A DNA stretch of 64,000 nucleotides from an uncultured Chloroflexia bacterium. Lineage in GTDB: Bacteria; Chloroflexota; Anaerolineae; CG2-30-64-16. The notes beneath the pieces were generated by a model that was given only the letters and a program-made list of their open reading frames with translations, was not told the DNA's origin and searched no databases. Below are positions 11,684 through 24,311 of the stretch, one piece after another. The stretch covers positions 32,001 to 96,000 of the forward strand of contig CAWEMM010000006.1 in the NCBI GenBank assembly GCA_963810095.1, given 5' to 3'. The position numbers were made by a program, and so were the translations under genes. Position 1 is the stretch's first letter. Each line of letters starts with the position of its first letter.

Positions 11684-11797
11684 CAGCGCGCCGCGGCGGG
11701 AGTCGCCGCCGCTTCGCTAAGCCAACGATTTGCGGTACGGATTAGAGTCTGCAAAGCAAATAGCAACTTCGCGTCACAGAAACCATCTTAATCGACA

Positions 11798-11826
11798 TTG
11801 ACAAAACACACCAGGGAGACTACAAT
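11798..11826 (+). promoter_or_regulatory. Near-consensus sigma70 promoter of the giant surface-protein gene
   Basis: TTGACA-17 nt-TACAAT. Confidence 0.8.
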
Positions 11827-12001
11827 TGACGTTGACCTCAACAGGCGGAATATCGACACTTTCTCGACGTCAATTGCCGCAGCGGGCACTGCGCCCCTGC
11901 GGCGACTCCAAATGTGACAACTTCTGCGCGCCTTGCCATCCGGCCCGGCGCCATGCTCCATATTAACACCTAGCGCTCTTTGTCCAATTGAGGAGGAACC
12001 G

Positions 12002-15000
12002 ATGGACCTGTCCCGTCCTTCACCCACCCGACGGCCGGCGAGCCGATCGCGCGCGTCACTTGCGCTTGTCCTGGCGCTTGCGATGGTGCTTGCACTTGTA
12101 ACTGCAGGTTTCTTCACACAGCCTGCGGCCGCAGCCAACCCGCCACCGGTGCAGTACTATTATCGTCACGCTGCCGGAAGACGATCTGCTGACGCTCTTC
12201 GACGAGAACCAGGACACGGTCGGCGGTACCGTACGACCAGGTCGTCAGCCCCATCCGCAGCGTGACATCCGTCGCGATCAACGAGCGGAACGTCCTCGTC
12301 TATTGGGACCAGTGGGAAGACGGCGGCGTACGACGCGGACATCGCGAACCCCGGCGCCAACGTCTACAACGCGACCACGAACCCGGACGGGACGCAGATC
12401 TGGGGCGACGGGGATCTCACCAACGGCTGCCCGCCCGCGCTTTTCTCGGGCCCGAATCCGTGCGGCCTCCCGGCCGACGACCAATTCGTGCCCGGCGACG
12501 TCATCATCCTGGACAACGACGTCGCGGTCAAGACCGGTGCCGTGTACGCGCTCGACCAGTTCAACACCGTCGCCTACAACAACCAGAACGGCACCGCGAA
12601 CTGGGCTGGAAACTGGACGGAAGTGGGTGACAACGCTACCGCGTCCTCCGGTGACATTCTCATCACCAGCAACCGGCTGCAGTTCCAGGAAGCGACCACG
12701 ACAATACCCAGCATTTACCGTGAAGTGAGTATTCCGGTAAACGGGGGCGTCACGGTTAGCTCTTTCGCCAGGTTGATATTCACTGTGGGCTACAACGCTG
12801 TCGAGTTCGATGGGTCCGATGAGTTCCGGGTCGATGTATCGGACGACGGCGGAGCCACATGGAGTACCGTCAGCACGTTCGGCACTTCGGCGGCCCCGGC
12901 AACCAGCCAGAGTTTTGACATCGGCGCGAATCTCCCGACGACCGGCAACCCCGCGTGCGCTTCTACCAGGTCGACCCACTTGAGACTGGGGAGTACTGGT
13001 ATGTCGATGACGTGCGGGTCGAGTGGGGCTACTACCGCGACCCCGCCCAGATCTTCTTCGACGGCCGCGACAAGGTGGGCGTGACCGCGCCGGTCGCGAT
13101 GACGCCGCGGCGCGTTCCCGCCCACGCCGGGCTCGGTGATGGCCGGCGCGTCCGAAATGTTCGACACTGCCAGTGGGGCACCTCCTACGTTGCGCCGGTC
13201 GGCGAGGACACCGTCCGCACCCAACAACTCCGCTTTCGAAGACATCCGCAGGTTCATCATGGCCGGCCCCGGCGGCGCGACGGTCGACGTGGATGCGAAT
13301 GCGGACGGCGAGTCGCTGACCCGGGTGACCTCAACGACTTCGTGATGGCCGAGGGCTCGCGGAAGTCGGTGGACGGCATCAACACGGCGCGACGCTGACC
13401 GTCGTCGCCGGCAACCCGGTGCAGGTCAACTCGATGACCGCGGACGACAACGACACCTTCGAGTTCCGCTGGGACGCGCTGGTGCCCCGGCCGAACTGGA
13501 GCAACGACTACTACACGCCTGTCGGCACGACGCCCAACCGGCACCGCCGGCGCTGCAAGGCTGCACCGAGGTGTGGGTCTACAACCCGAATGCCACCGCA
13601 GATCACGATCACTTCGACGCCCCGGCGGAGTTTCATATCCCTCCGCAGACGGTAGCTTCAACGTCCCAGCCAACAGCGATGCGGCCAGCCCGGACGGCAA
13701 CGAACCTCCTTACCGGCGGCAACGGCGCGCGCTTCTGGTCGGAAGGCGGCCAGGTCTTCTCACCGCTCTCCGTCACCGACTGCACGAGGAGAGCAACACC
13801 AACGGCCGCATTATGGACTGGGGCGCGCCGCTGGTGCCGACCAACCAACTGACCTCCGAGGTGCTCGTCGGCTGGGCGCCCGGCTGCTCGAACGAGAGCC
13901 ACAGCGGCATCTGCCATGACCCGGACGCGATCCAACGGGACGACGCCCGACAGGACACGCGGGCAGTCGTAACGTGGTCTTCGTGACAGCGGTCGCCAAC
14001 ACGAACATCTACGTGGACACAAACGGCAGCGGCTTGACCTGCACGCCTGGCACCCCCCCGGCGGTGACGGGCGCAGAGCAGACAGCAACCGGCGCATCGC
14101 CGCTCACCTCCTACCGCTACGATGAAGATGCCGACCTCGCGCGCGCTACGTCCACGACAACTTCAACACGTCAGAGCTACACGAGACGACAGACAGCGTC
14201 GACAGGTTGGCCGGCGGAGCAGACCTGGACGAGCGATTGGGCGGAAGGCGGCGGCGAGACGCCGACCTCAGCACTGCTGGCGCGATCCAGATCAAGGTGG
14301 GTCCGGCCACGCTGCGACTGCAGGAACTGGCCTCACGACGAAACCGGCCGCAGGATTCAGCGCAGCCACAACACATCGGGCAACACCTTCGCCCGCCTGA
14401 GCTTCGAGCTCATCTCGTCCACGGGGCTGGACGCCAACGACCGCATCGCCGTCGAGGGCTCAACCAACGGCACGACCTGGAACACGCTGAAGACCTACGT
14501 CGGGCCGTGGTCCAGACCTCCCCGGCCGAACTTCCCACGCTCGAGGTCTTCAACATCAGCGCGTTCATCGCCAACCCGACCTACGTGCGCTTCCGGTTCG
14601 TGGACAACCTGGAAACCGGCGACTAGTGGGCGGTCGACCACGTCCACATCGACTACGCCACGGGCGGCGACTACGACATGAGCGGTGCGCTGATCAAGAC
14701 GTTCAACTCGGACTGCACCGGCACCCCAATCGCGGTCGCCTACGGCCAGGACCGCCGCTCACCGGCGGCAACGACGACGAGGCCCTCGACCTGGGCACCC
14801 TCGTCCCGCCGTACCGCCCCGCCGTCCGCCTGCGGCGCGGTCGGCAACTACGTCTGGGTGGACGAGGACGGCGACGGCAAGCAGGACGCGGGCGAGACGG
14901 GCATCCCGAACGTGAAGGTGACGCTGACCGGCACGGCGCACCGACGGCACGACCTACAATCTGACCACCTACACGGACGCCAACGGCGGCTACATGTTCA

Positions 15001-18000
15001 GGGACCTGAAGCCGTCGAATGCCAGCGGCTACACCGTCACGGTGGATCCGGCCACGCTGCCGGCCGGCCTGGCCGCGAACCCGACCTATGACGAGGACGG
15101 CACGGCCACGCCGCCATACGACCAATGTGTCGTTGACCGCGGGCGAGGAGCACCGACGGCGGACTTCGGCTACAACTGGGCGCCGACGACCGACGTCACG
15201 GGCAACACCGGCACCGGCGCGATCGGCGACTGCGTGTGGATCGACGCGGACGGCGACGGCATGCAGGACCCGGCGAGATCGGGCTGGGCAGCGTGACCGT
15301 CAACCTGTACACGACCCGGACGGCGACGGGCGTTTGGACAGCAGACGACGTACTCGCCGCAACGACCACCACCAACGACACGGGCAACTACATCTTTGAC
15401 GGTCTGCCGGCGGGCGCCTACGTCGTCGGATCCCCGGCGCCGCCGGCGGGCTACACCCAGACCGGCGACCCGGACGACACGATGGATAACCAGACGACGG
15501 CGCCCATCGTCCTGGCCCCCGGCGACGTCTTCCTCAACGCCGACTTCGGCTACCAGCCGGCGCGGCGCCATCGGCACGATCGGCGACACGGTGTGGGTCG
15601 ACTCCAACCGCAACAATGCCAAGGATGCGGGCGAGCCCGGCATCCCGGGCGTCACCGTGGCGCTCATCAAGGACCTGAACGGCGACGGCATCTGGGACGT
15701 CGGCGAGCCGATCATCGCCACCGACATCACGGACGAGAACGGCGTCTACGGTTTCACGGCTTGCCGCTGCGACGGGCGCGGGCACCGACGAATACCTCGT
15801 ATGGGTGAGCGACACGAGCAGCGTCCCGGGCCGCTGGCTCTTAGACGTCCGCGACGGCGGACAGCCAGGGCAACCCGACTACCGGCGTCATGACGGGCCT
15901 GGGCATCAGCGAGGTGACTGAACCGGACACGCCGAGCAACCACGAAACCAGGACTTCGCGCTACACGCCGCTGCGGCCATGACGCGAACGAAGGCCTCAT
16001 CGGCGACACGATCTTCCTGGATCGTGACGGCGGCAACGACTTCGACGCCGGCGAGGGTATCGAGGGCGTGACAGTCGAACTCCTCAACAGCACGGGCCAG
16101 TTGGTGGGCCGACCAGCACGACGAAAATGGCCAGTACTTCTTCGGCGGACTGCCGGCGGGCACCTATACGGTGCAGCGTCATCACGTCGACCCTGCCTGG
16201 CAACGGCGCCGGGCTGACCAACACGTCGACCCGGACACTTGCCAGCCGGCACGATCGGCAACAGCCAGTCCTCGGTAACGATCGGCGGCGCCCAGCGCCT
16301 GATCAACCTCGCGCAGGACTTCGGCTACCGGCCAAGCGGCACGCAGCCAGTCAACAGCCTGTCGGGCACGGTCTGGCAGGACACAAACGCGGACGGCACG
16401 CTTTCGGGTGAGACCGGGCGGTTCCAGGGCGTGACCGTCGACCTCTACATCGACAGAACGGCAACGGCGTACTGGACAGCGGCGACAACATCGTCGGGAC
16501 GACCTCGACCGACTCGAGCGGCAATTACGGCTTCGACCGGCTTCCTAACGGCATTTACTTCGTCGATGTGACCGATCAGGCGAACGTGCTGAACGGCTAC
16601 TGGAAGTCGAACGGCCCGAACGCCGGCGCGGACAACAACAGCCAGGTCGACCCCTACAAGGTCACCCTCAACGGCGGCCAGAACAACGCCACCGCCGACT
16701 TCGGCTACTATAATAAGCCGGCCAAGTTGGGCGACTACGTCTGGGAAGACACGAACGGCAACGGCATCCAGGACAGCGGCGAGCCGGCGATTCAGAACGC
16801 GGTCGTCACGCTGACGATCACCTGGCCGTCGAGCGGCACGGGCACGACGATTGTCAAGACGACGACGGGCATGGACGGCAAGTACCTCTTCGACAACCTG
16901 CTGCTCGACGAGAACATGACGAGCGGCACGGGCGCGGGCAACCCGACCTTCAGCATCTCGATTGCTACGCCGTCCGGCTACCTGCCGACGCTCACAACCC
17001 AGGGCGGCAACACGGCCTTGGACTCGAACCCGAACCCGACAGCCGCCACCGTTACTAAGGGCGGCTCGGACCTGACGTATGACTTCGGCTTCGTGCGGCC
17101 CAACTCCGTGGGCGACTTCGTGTGGCTGGACATGAACGGCAACGGCGTTCAGGATGCGGGCGAGACCCGGCCTGGCGAATGCCACCGTGACCCTGTACAC
17201 CGGCCGCGGGTGCGCAGGTTGGCTCGCCCCAGACCACGGGCTCGAGCGGCGCCTATCAGCTTCACCAACCTGGGGCCCGGCCAGTACAAGGTCTGCTTCA
17301 CGACCCCGTCCGGCTACAGCTTCAGCCCCACCTGCGGGCGGCAACGCCGCGACGGACTCTGACAGCGAATGCCGGCGCGACCGCCGGACTGCTCCGCCGA
17401 CTTCACCTTGACATCCAACCAGAACAACACCACCTCGACGCCGGCATGTACCGCCCGCCTCGGTCGGCGACTTCGTCTGGAGCGACACCAACGCCAACGG
17501 CATCCAGGACAGCGGCGAAACCACCGGCGTGGCGAATGCCACGGTCACCCTCTACACGGCCGCGGGCGTTCAGGTCGGCTCGCCGATCAACACGCCGGCC
17601 AGCGGCGCCTACAGCTTCACCGGCCTGGTCCCCGGCTCCTACAAGGTCTGCTTCACGGCGCCGAGCGGCTACACCTACAGCCCCACCGGCCAGGGCACGC
17701 CGAGCACCGACAGCGATGCCGGCGTGACCGCCGGCGGCTGCTCCGCCAACTTCACCCTGACCAACGGCCAGAACAACACCACGCTCGACGCCGGGTTGTA
17801 CCAGCCCGCCACGATCGGCGACAAGGTCTGGCTGGACACCAATGCCAACGGCATCCAGGACGCCGGCGAGACCAGCGGCGTACCCAACGTCACCGTCACC
17901 CTGTACACCAGCACCGGGACGCAGGTCGCCACCCCGCAGACCACGCCCGCCGGCGGCGGCTATAGCTTCACCAACGTGCCGCCCGGCTCCTACAAGGTCT

Positions 18001-21000
18001 GCTTCACCAATGTGCCCGCCGGCTACACCTTCAGCCCGACCGGCCAGGGCACGCCGAGCACCGACAGCGATGCCGGTGTGACCGCCGGCGGCTGCTCCAC
18101 AACCTTCACCGTCACTTCCGGCCAGACCGACAACACCTGGGACGCCGGCCTCTACCAGCCCGGCCTCGGTCGGCGACCTGGTCTGGCTCGACGTCAACGC
18201 CAACGGCATCCAGGACGCCGGCGAGACCGCCGGCGTGGCGAATGCTACCGTCGACCCTCTACACGGCCGCGGACGCGCAGGTCGGTTCGCCGATCAACAC
18301 GCCGGCCAGCGGCGCCTACAGCTTCACCGGCCTGGTCGCCCGGCTCCTACAAGGTCTGCTTCACGGCGCCGGCCGGCTACACCTTCAGCCCCACACGGCC
18401 AGGGCACGCCGAGCACCGACAGCGATGCCGGCGTGACCGCCGGCGGCTGCTCCGCCAACTTCACCCTGACCAACGGCCAGAACAACACCACGCTCGACGC
18501 CGGGTTGTACCAACCGGCCACTATCGGCGACAAGGTCTGGCTCGACACCAACGCCAACGGCATCCAGGACGCCGGCGAGACCAGCGGCGTACCCAACGTC
18601 ACCGTCACCCTGTACACCAGCACCGGGACGCAGGTCGCCGGCCGCCGCAGACCACGCCCGGCCGGCGGCGGCTATAGCTTCACCAACGTGCCGCCCGGCT
18701 CCTACAAGGTCTGCTTCACCAATGCGCCAGCCGGCTACACCTTCAGCCCCACCGGCCAGGGCACGCCGAGCACCGACAGCGATGCCGGTGTGACCGCCGG
18801 CGGCTGCTCCACAACCTTCACCGTCACTTCCGGCCAGACCGACAACACCTGGGACGCCGGCCTCTACCAGCCTGCCTCGGTCGGCGATCTGGTCTGGCTC
18901 GACGTCAACGCCAACGGCATCCAGGACAGCGGCGAAACCACCGGCGTGGCGAATGCCACGGTCACCCTCTACACGGCCGCGGGCGTTCAGGTCGGCTCGC
19001 CGATCAACACGCCGGCCAGCGGCGCCTACAGCTTCACCGGCCTGGTCCCCGGCTCCTACAAGGTCTGCTTCACGGCGCCGAGCGGCTACACCTTCAGCCC
19101 CACCGGCCAGGGCACGCCGAGCACCGACAGCGATGCCGGTGTGACCGCCGGCGGCTGCTCCACAACCTTCACCCTGACTTCCGGCCAGACCAACACCACC
19201 TGGGACGCCGGCCTGTACCAGCCTGCCTCGGTCGGCGACTGCGTCTGGCTCGACGTCAACGCCAACGGCATCCAGGACAGCGGCGAAACCACCGGCGTGG
19301 CGAACGCCACGGTCACCCTCTACACGGCGCGGGCGTTCAGGTCGGCTCGCCGATCACCACGCCGGCCAGCGGCGCCTACAGCTTCACCGGCCTGACCCCG
19401 GCTCCTACAAGGTCTGCTTCACGGCGCCGAGCCGGCTACACCTTCAGCCCCACCGGCCAGGGCACGCCGAGCACCGACAGCGATGCCGGCGTGACCGCCG
19501 GCGGCTGCTCCGCCAACTTCACCCTGACCACCGGCGACAGCAACACCACCATCGACGCCGGCATGTACCGCCCGGCCTCGGTCGGTGACTTCGTCTGGAG
19601 CGACACCAACGCCAACGGCGTCCAGGACAGCGGCGAGCCCGGCCTGGCCGGCGCCACTGTGACCCTCTTCACCGGCGCGGGGACGCAGGTGGGCTCGCCG
19701 TTCACAACCCTGGCTAACGGCGCCTACAGCTTCGGCAGCCTGACGCCCGGCTCCTACAAGGTCTGCTTCACCACCCCGTCCGGCTACAGCTACAGCCCCG
19801 CACTGCAGGGCGGCAACACCGCGACGGACTCCGACGCCAATGCCGGCACGCCCGCGGGCTGCTCCGCCGTCTTCACCCTGGCCTCCGGCGACAGCAACAC
19901 CACCATCGACGCCGGCATGTACCAACCCGCCACCATCGGCAACAAGGTGTGGCTGGACGAGAACGGCGACGGCCGCCAGGACCCGGGCGAGCAGGGTATC
20001 GCGAACGTGACGGTCGAACTGTGGAAGGACAACCACAACACGCTCGTCGCCACCACGGTCACCGACGCAGACGGCAACTACATCTTCAAGAACCTGACGC
20101 CCGGCACGTATCAGGTGGACGTGCTGAACTCCACCCTGCCCGATCCTGATGGCGCGGGCCCCGGCGGCCTGGTGCAGAGCACGCCGACCTTCACGGGCGA
20201 CTTCACCAACAAGCTCGACCCGTACACGGTGACGGTGACCGCGGGCGTGGAAGACTTGACTGCGGACTTCGGCTACAACTGGGCGCCGACCACCGACGTG
20301 ACCGGCAACACCGGCACGGGCGCTATCGGCGACCGGGTCTGGATCGACGACGGCGACGGCGTGCAGGAGCCGGGCGAGTCCGGCCTGGCCGGCGTCACCG
20401 TCCAACTCTGGTACGACGCGAACGGCGACGGCACGATCGACACCCTTTACCCGACCAACGGCACGGCGACCACCGGGCCGGCAGGCGACTACATCTTCGA
20501 CAACTTGCCTGCGGGCATCTACGAGGTGCGCGTCACGGGCGGCACGACCAACTACACGCAGACCGGCGATCCCGATGTGCCGGGCGCGGCCTGCAACGGC
20601 GCAACCTGCGACGCCAAGACCACTACGCCCATCCTGCTGGCCCCCGGCGACGTCTATCTCAACGCTGACTTCGGCTACAAGCCAAACACTGACTACGGCG
20701 CGGAGATTGGCAACCGCATCTGGCTCGACGCGGACGCGGACACGACCGGTCCGGCCGATACGCCTGCGGGCACCCCGGTCGACTCGAACGAGAAGGGCAT
20801 CCCGGGCGTGACGGTCGCGCTGATCCGCGACACGAACGAGAACGGCACGTGGGACGCGAACGAGCCGATAATCGCCACGACTACGACCGACGCGACCGGC
20901 TACTACCTGTTCACCGGCATACCCACGGGCGGTCCAGCCATCACAACCGGGGACGACTACCTGGTGTGGGTGAACGACACGAACTCCGTGCTAACCGGCC

Positions 21001-22943
21001 TCAAGCCAACCTGGGACAGCAACGGCATCGGCACGCCCAATATCAGCCGCGTGCAGGATCTGGCGCCCGCCGGCAACCTGACGCAGGACTTCGGCTACAC
21101 GCCGGCGGGCCAGACCACCAACCGCGGCCTGATCGGCGACACGATCTTCCTGGATCGCAACGGCGACAATCTGCAGAGTACGGGCGAGGGCATCGAGGGC
21201 GTTACTGTTCGGCTCTACGCATCGGACGGCACGACCCTGCTCGCGGTTACCGTCACCGACGAGAACGGCAACTACTGGTTCCCGAACCTGCCGGCAGGCA
21301 CCTTCGTGGTGAAGGTGGATACCTCGACGTTGCCTGGCGGCCTGACCAACTCGATCGACCCGGACTTGACGCCCGGCGTAACCGGCGACAGCCAATCGAC
21401 CGTGACGCTCGCGCCCGGTGAGATCAACCTCACCCGTGACTTTGGCTACAAGGGCGCGGGCTCGATCGGCAACCTCGTCTGGAACGACGTCGATGCCGAC
21501 GGCTTCAAGGATGCCACTGAGACCGGCATGGACGGCGTGACGGTCGACCTATACTGGGACGTCAACGCCGACGGCATCGTGGATGCCAACGACAAGCTTG
21601 TTGGCACGACAGCCACTACGGGCGGCGGCGCGTACAGCTTCGCCAACCTTGGCGTGGACGACGGCGGCGGAGACATGAAGTACCTCGTCCACGTCACCGA
21701 CACGGCCAACCTGCTCAACGGCTGGTGGCATTCGACCGGTACCGCCGGACTGGACAACAACAGCCAGGTCGACCCGTACTCGGTCACCCTGACCACCGGG
21801 GCACAAAGCAACAACACTGCCGACTTCGGCTACTACGTCAAGCCGGCCGCGGTGGGCAACTTCGTCTGGAATGACCTCAACGCTAATGGCATCCAGGATG
21901 CGGGCGAGCCGGGCCTCAACGGCGTCGAGGTCACCCTGACGATCGGCTATCCGAACAGCAGCACGACCACGGTGAAGGTCACCACCGGCAACGATCCGGT
22001 TAGCGGAGCGCCCGGCTGGTACAGCTTTGGCAACCTGCTGCAGGACGAAAACTTCAACGGCACGACCAGCGACGGCTCCTCCGAGCCCACCTACACGCTT
22101 TCGATCAACACGACCCAGCCCGCGCTGGCCGGGATGCTTGCCAGCCCGCTCGGCGCAGCCGGCAGCACGATCTATAACGACTCGAATGACCCGGCCGCCA
22201 GCCTAACCGTCCCGATCAAGGGCGAGACGAACACGCTGCTCAGCAACGACGGCGCCTCCATCGCCTCCTACGACTTCGGATTCTATCGCACAGGCATAAT
22301 CCGGGTCGATAAGGTGACCGATCCTGCCGGCGCCGGCCATATCTTCTCCTACACCCTCACCGGCGGGCCGCGCGCCGTGAACATCCCGTTCACGCAGACC
22401 GATGCCGGTGCACCCTGGAGCTCGGGCCCCATCGCCGCAGGCGCGGCCTACTCCATCGAGGAGCAGCAGGACACGGGCTGGACGCTCACGTCAGTGGTCT
22501 GCAACAACGCAGCCGGCCAGCCGATCTCGGTCACCTGGACTCCCGGCACCGGCATCGCGTCGGGCATCACGCTCGCGGCTGGCGACGTCATTACCTGTGT
22601 GTTCAACAACGCAGGCAGCGCACTGGCAGTCGACCTGGCGTACTTCGCAGCCGACCTGCGCGACGATGGCGTGCATGTCGTCTGGGAGACGGTCTCCGAG
22701 ACAAACATGGCCGGCTTCAATATCTACCGGGCGGAGTCGGCCGACGGTCTGTGGGTCAAGCTCAGCACGACGACGATCGCGGTGCTGACACCGGGCGGCA
22801 GCAGCGGTAACGTGTACGAATGGGTCGACGCGGCCTATACGCCGGGTCAACCCGCCTACTACATTCTTGAAACGATCGGGCTGGACGGAAGCCTCGACTG
22901 GTCCGCACCACTCGAGCTGGCGTTCGAGCCCCAGGCCCAGTAG
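12002..22943 (+). CDS. Giant secreted SdrD-B-like repeat protein, ~3600 aa (many frameshifts in 12.1-19.5 kb)
   Basis: AGGAGG RBS, signal peptide ([20 protein letters not shown]), ~20 IGD.VW.D.N.NG.QD.GE.G..GVTV.L...G.Y.F..L..G.Y...DFGY/DAGLY domains; last 1150 aa in one open frame. Confidence 0.8.
17107..19930 (+). repeat. Array of eight ~350-bp SdrD-B repeats, the inner ones near-identical
   Basis: Recurring ggctcctacaaggtctgcttcac and cagggcacgccgagcaccgacagcgatgccgg at ~350-bp spacing. Confidence 0.9.
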
Positions 22944-23062
22944 CATACCGGTCGTTCGGGCGGAGGGGCCAACGCTCCTCCGCCGCCTGCATCGCCAAAC
23001 CAGCGCCCCCGCGGTAGTCACCACGGGGGCGCCCAATTTAACAAATAGTCAATATTGGGGGC

Positions 23063-23091
23063 TTGTATTTTGGCGCGAAGTGTTCTACAAT
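23063..23091 (+). promoter_or_regulatory. sigma70-type promoter
   Basis: TTGTAT-17 nt-TACAAT upstream of the META gene. Confidence 0.6.
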
Positions 23092-23161
23092 TGCATAGGC
23101 TATTTATTTGTCGACTAATCTATCGTTCGACGAACCGCCGATCAGCGAGGAGAGTACCCCT

Positions 23162-24262
23162 ATGAAGAGCCTACGGCACGTTGTCCTGTTGAGCCTGGTC
23201 GTTATGCTCCTGGCGAGCTGCGTTGGGCTGCCACCCGTTTTCCCGAACCGGGCGCCCTCCCCGCAGGACGTGGAGGAACCGGCCGGCGCAGCCCCGGCGG
23301 CCCAGCCGCCGGTCGACGAGGCCAAGCCAGCGATCACCGAGAGCACAGCCGTGACTGCTACCACCGCGATCACGGACACTGCGGTCATCGCCGCAACGGA
23401 CACGGTCACCACAACTGCCCCGACCGAGGCGCAAGCGACGCCAACCGGCGAACAGGTGATGGGCGCGAATCCACTTGTCGGCGTCGTGTGGGAATGGTCG
23501 GCCCTGCTGAAGACCAAGCCTGCGGTCCAGTCGGTCGTGCCAGATCCGGCCTCGTACACGGTCGTCTTTACAGAAGATGCCAAGGTGGCGATTAAGGCCG
23601 ACTGCAACAACGCCAGCGGCGCCTACACGCTCGAGAACGACCTGCTGACGATCACCATCGGACCCATGACACGTGCGGCTTGCCCGCCCGGCTCACTCAG
23701 CGACCTCATGGTTGGGGGGCTCAGCAAGGTTAGCTCCTACCTGATTGACGGCGGCGACCTGATCTTGCGCATGGCCGACACGGGCGACAGCATGCTATTC
23801 CGCAACGGCGGACCGGTGACCGTGCCTGCCGCGCCGGCCCCCACCGAGGCCCCCGCCGCGGCCGCACCGGCCCAGACACCCGCCGCACCGGCAGAGACGA
23901 CTGCCCAGGCAACTGCGCTGGTGGGACCGGTTTGGCAGTGGCAGAAGTTCGTCGACGTGGCGACCGGCAAGAACACGATGGACGTCAAAAACCCGGCCGA
24001 TTACACCGTTACGTTCAGGGACGATCGAACCGTGGCGATGAAGGCCGACTGCAACCAGGCGGCGGGGACGTACGCGGCGGACGGTGCAAAGCTGACCATC
24101 AATGTCGGGCCAGTGACGCTTGCGGCGTGTGGGCCCGACTCGGTCGGCGAGGAATTTCTGATTGGCCTGACCAGCGCCGCGACCTACACGATCGAAGGCG
24201 GCCAGCTGATGATCGATCTGATGGCGGATGGCGGGCGGATGATATTCGGAGCCGCCCAGTAA
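23162..24262 (+). CDS. Lipoprotein with two META (HslJ-like) domains
   Basis: Lipobox LASC; two copies of L.G.VW.W...P..YTV.F..D..VA.KADCN.A.G.Y....TI..GP.T.AAC; Thr/Ala/Pro linkers. Confidence 0.88.
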   Translation: MKSLRHVVLLSLVVMLLASCVGLPPVFPNRAPSPQDVEEPAGAAPAAQPPVDEAKPAITESTAVTATTAITDTAVIAATDTVTTTAPTEAQATPTGEQVMGANPLVGVVWEWSALLKTKPAVQSVVPDPASYTVVFTEDAKVAIKADCNNASGAYTLENDLLTITIGPMTRAACPPGSLSDLMVGGLSKVSSYLIDGGDLILRMADTGDSMLFRNGGPVTVPAAPAPTEAPAAAAPAQTPAAPAETTAQATALVGPVWQWQKFVDVATGKNTMDVKNPADYTVTFRDDRTVAMKADCNQAAGTYAADGAKLTINVGPVTLAACGPDSVGEEFLIGLTSAATYTIEGGQLMIDLMADGGRMIFGAAQ

Positions 24263-24311
24263 GAGCTCTATGTGCGGGCTGCGATAGCCGTGGCCGTCGC
24301 AGCCCGCCTGA

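Noticed and set aside
14624-14626. In-frame TAG as pyrrolysine or readthrough
   Set aside because: It aligns with Tyr (TAC) in the sister module, lies in an error-rich region, and no pyl genes are in the window.
5164-19930. CRISPR array or diversity-generating retroelement repeats
   Set aside because: Repeats are 270-350-bp in-frame protein domains; no spacers, cas genes, reverse transcriptase or adenine-specific variation seen.
3007-23000. Genomic island integrated at tRNA-Arg
   Set aside because: No integrase or transposase, and I found no duplicate of the tRNA 3' end at the far side.
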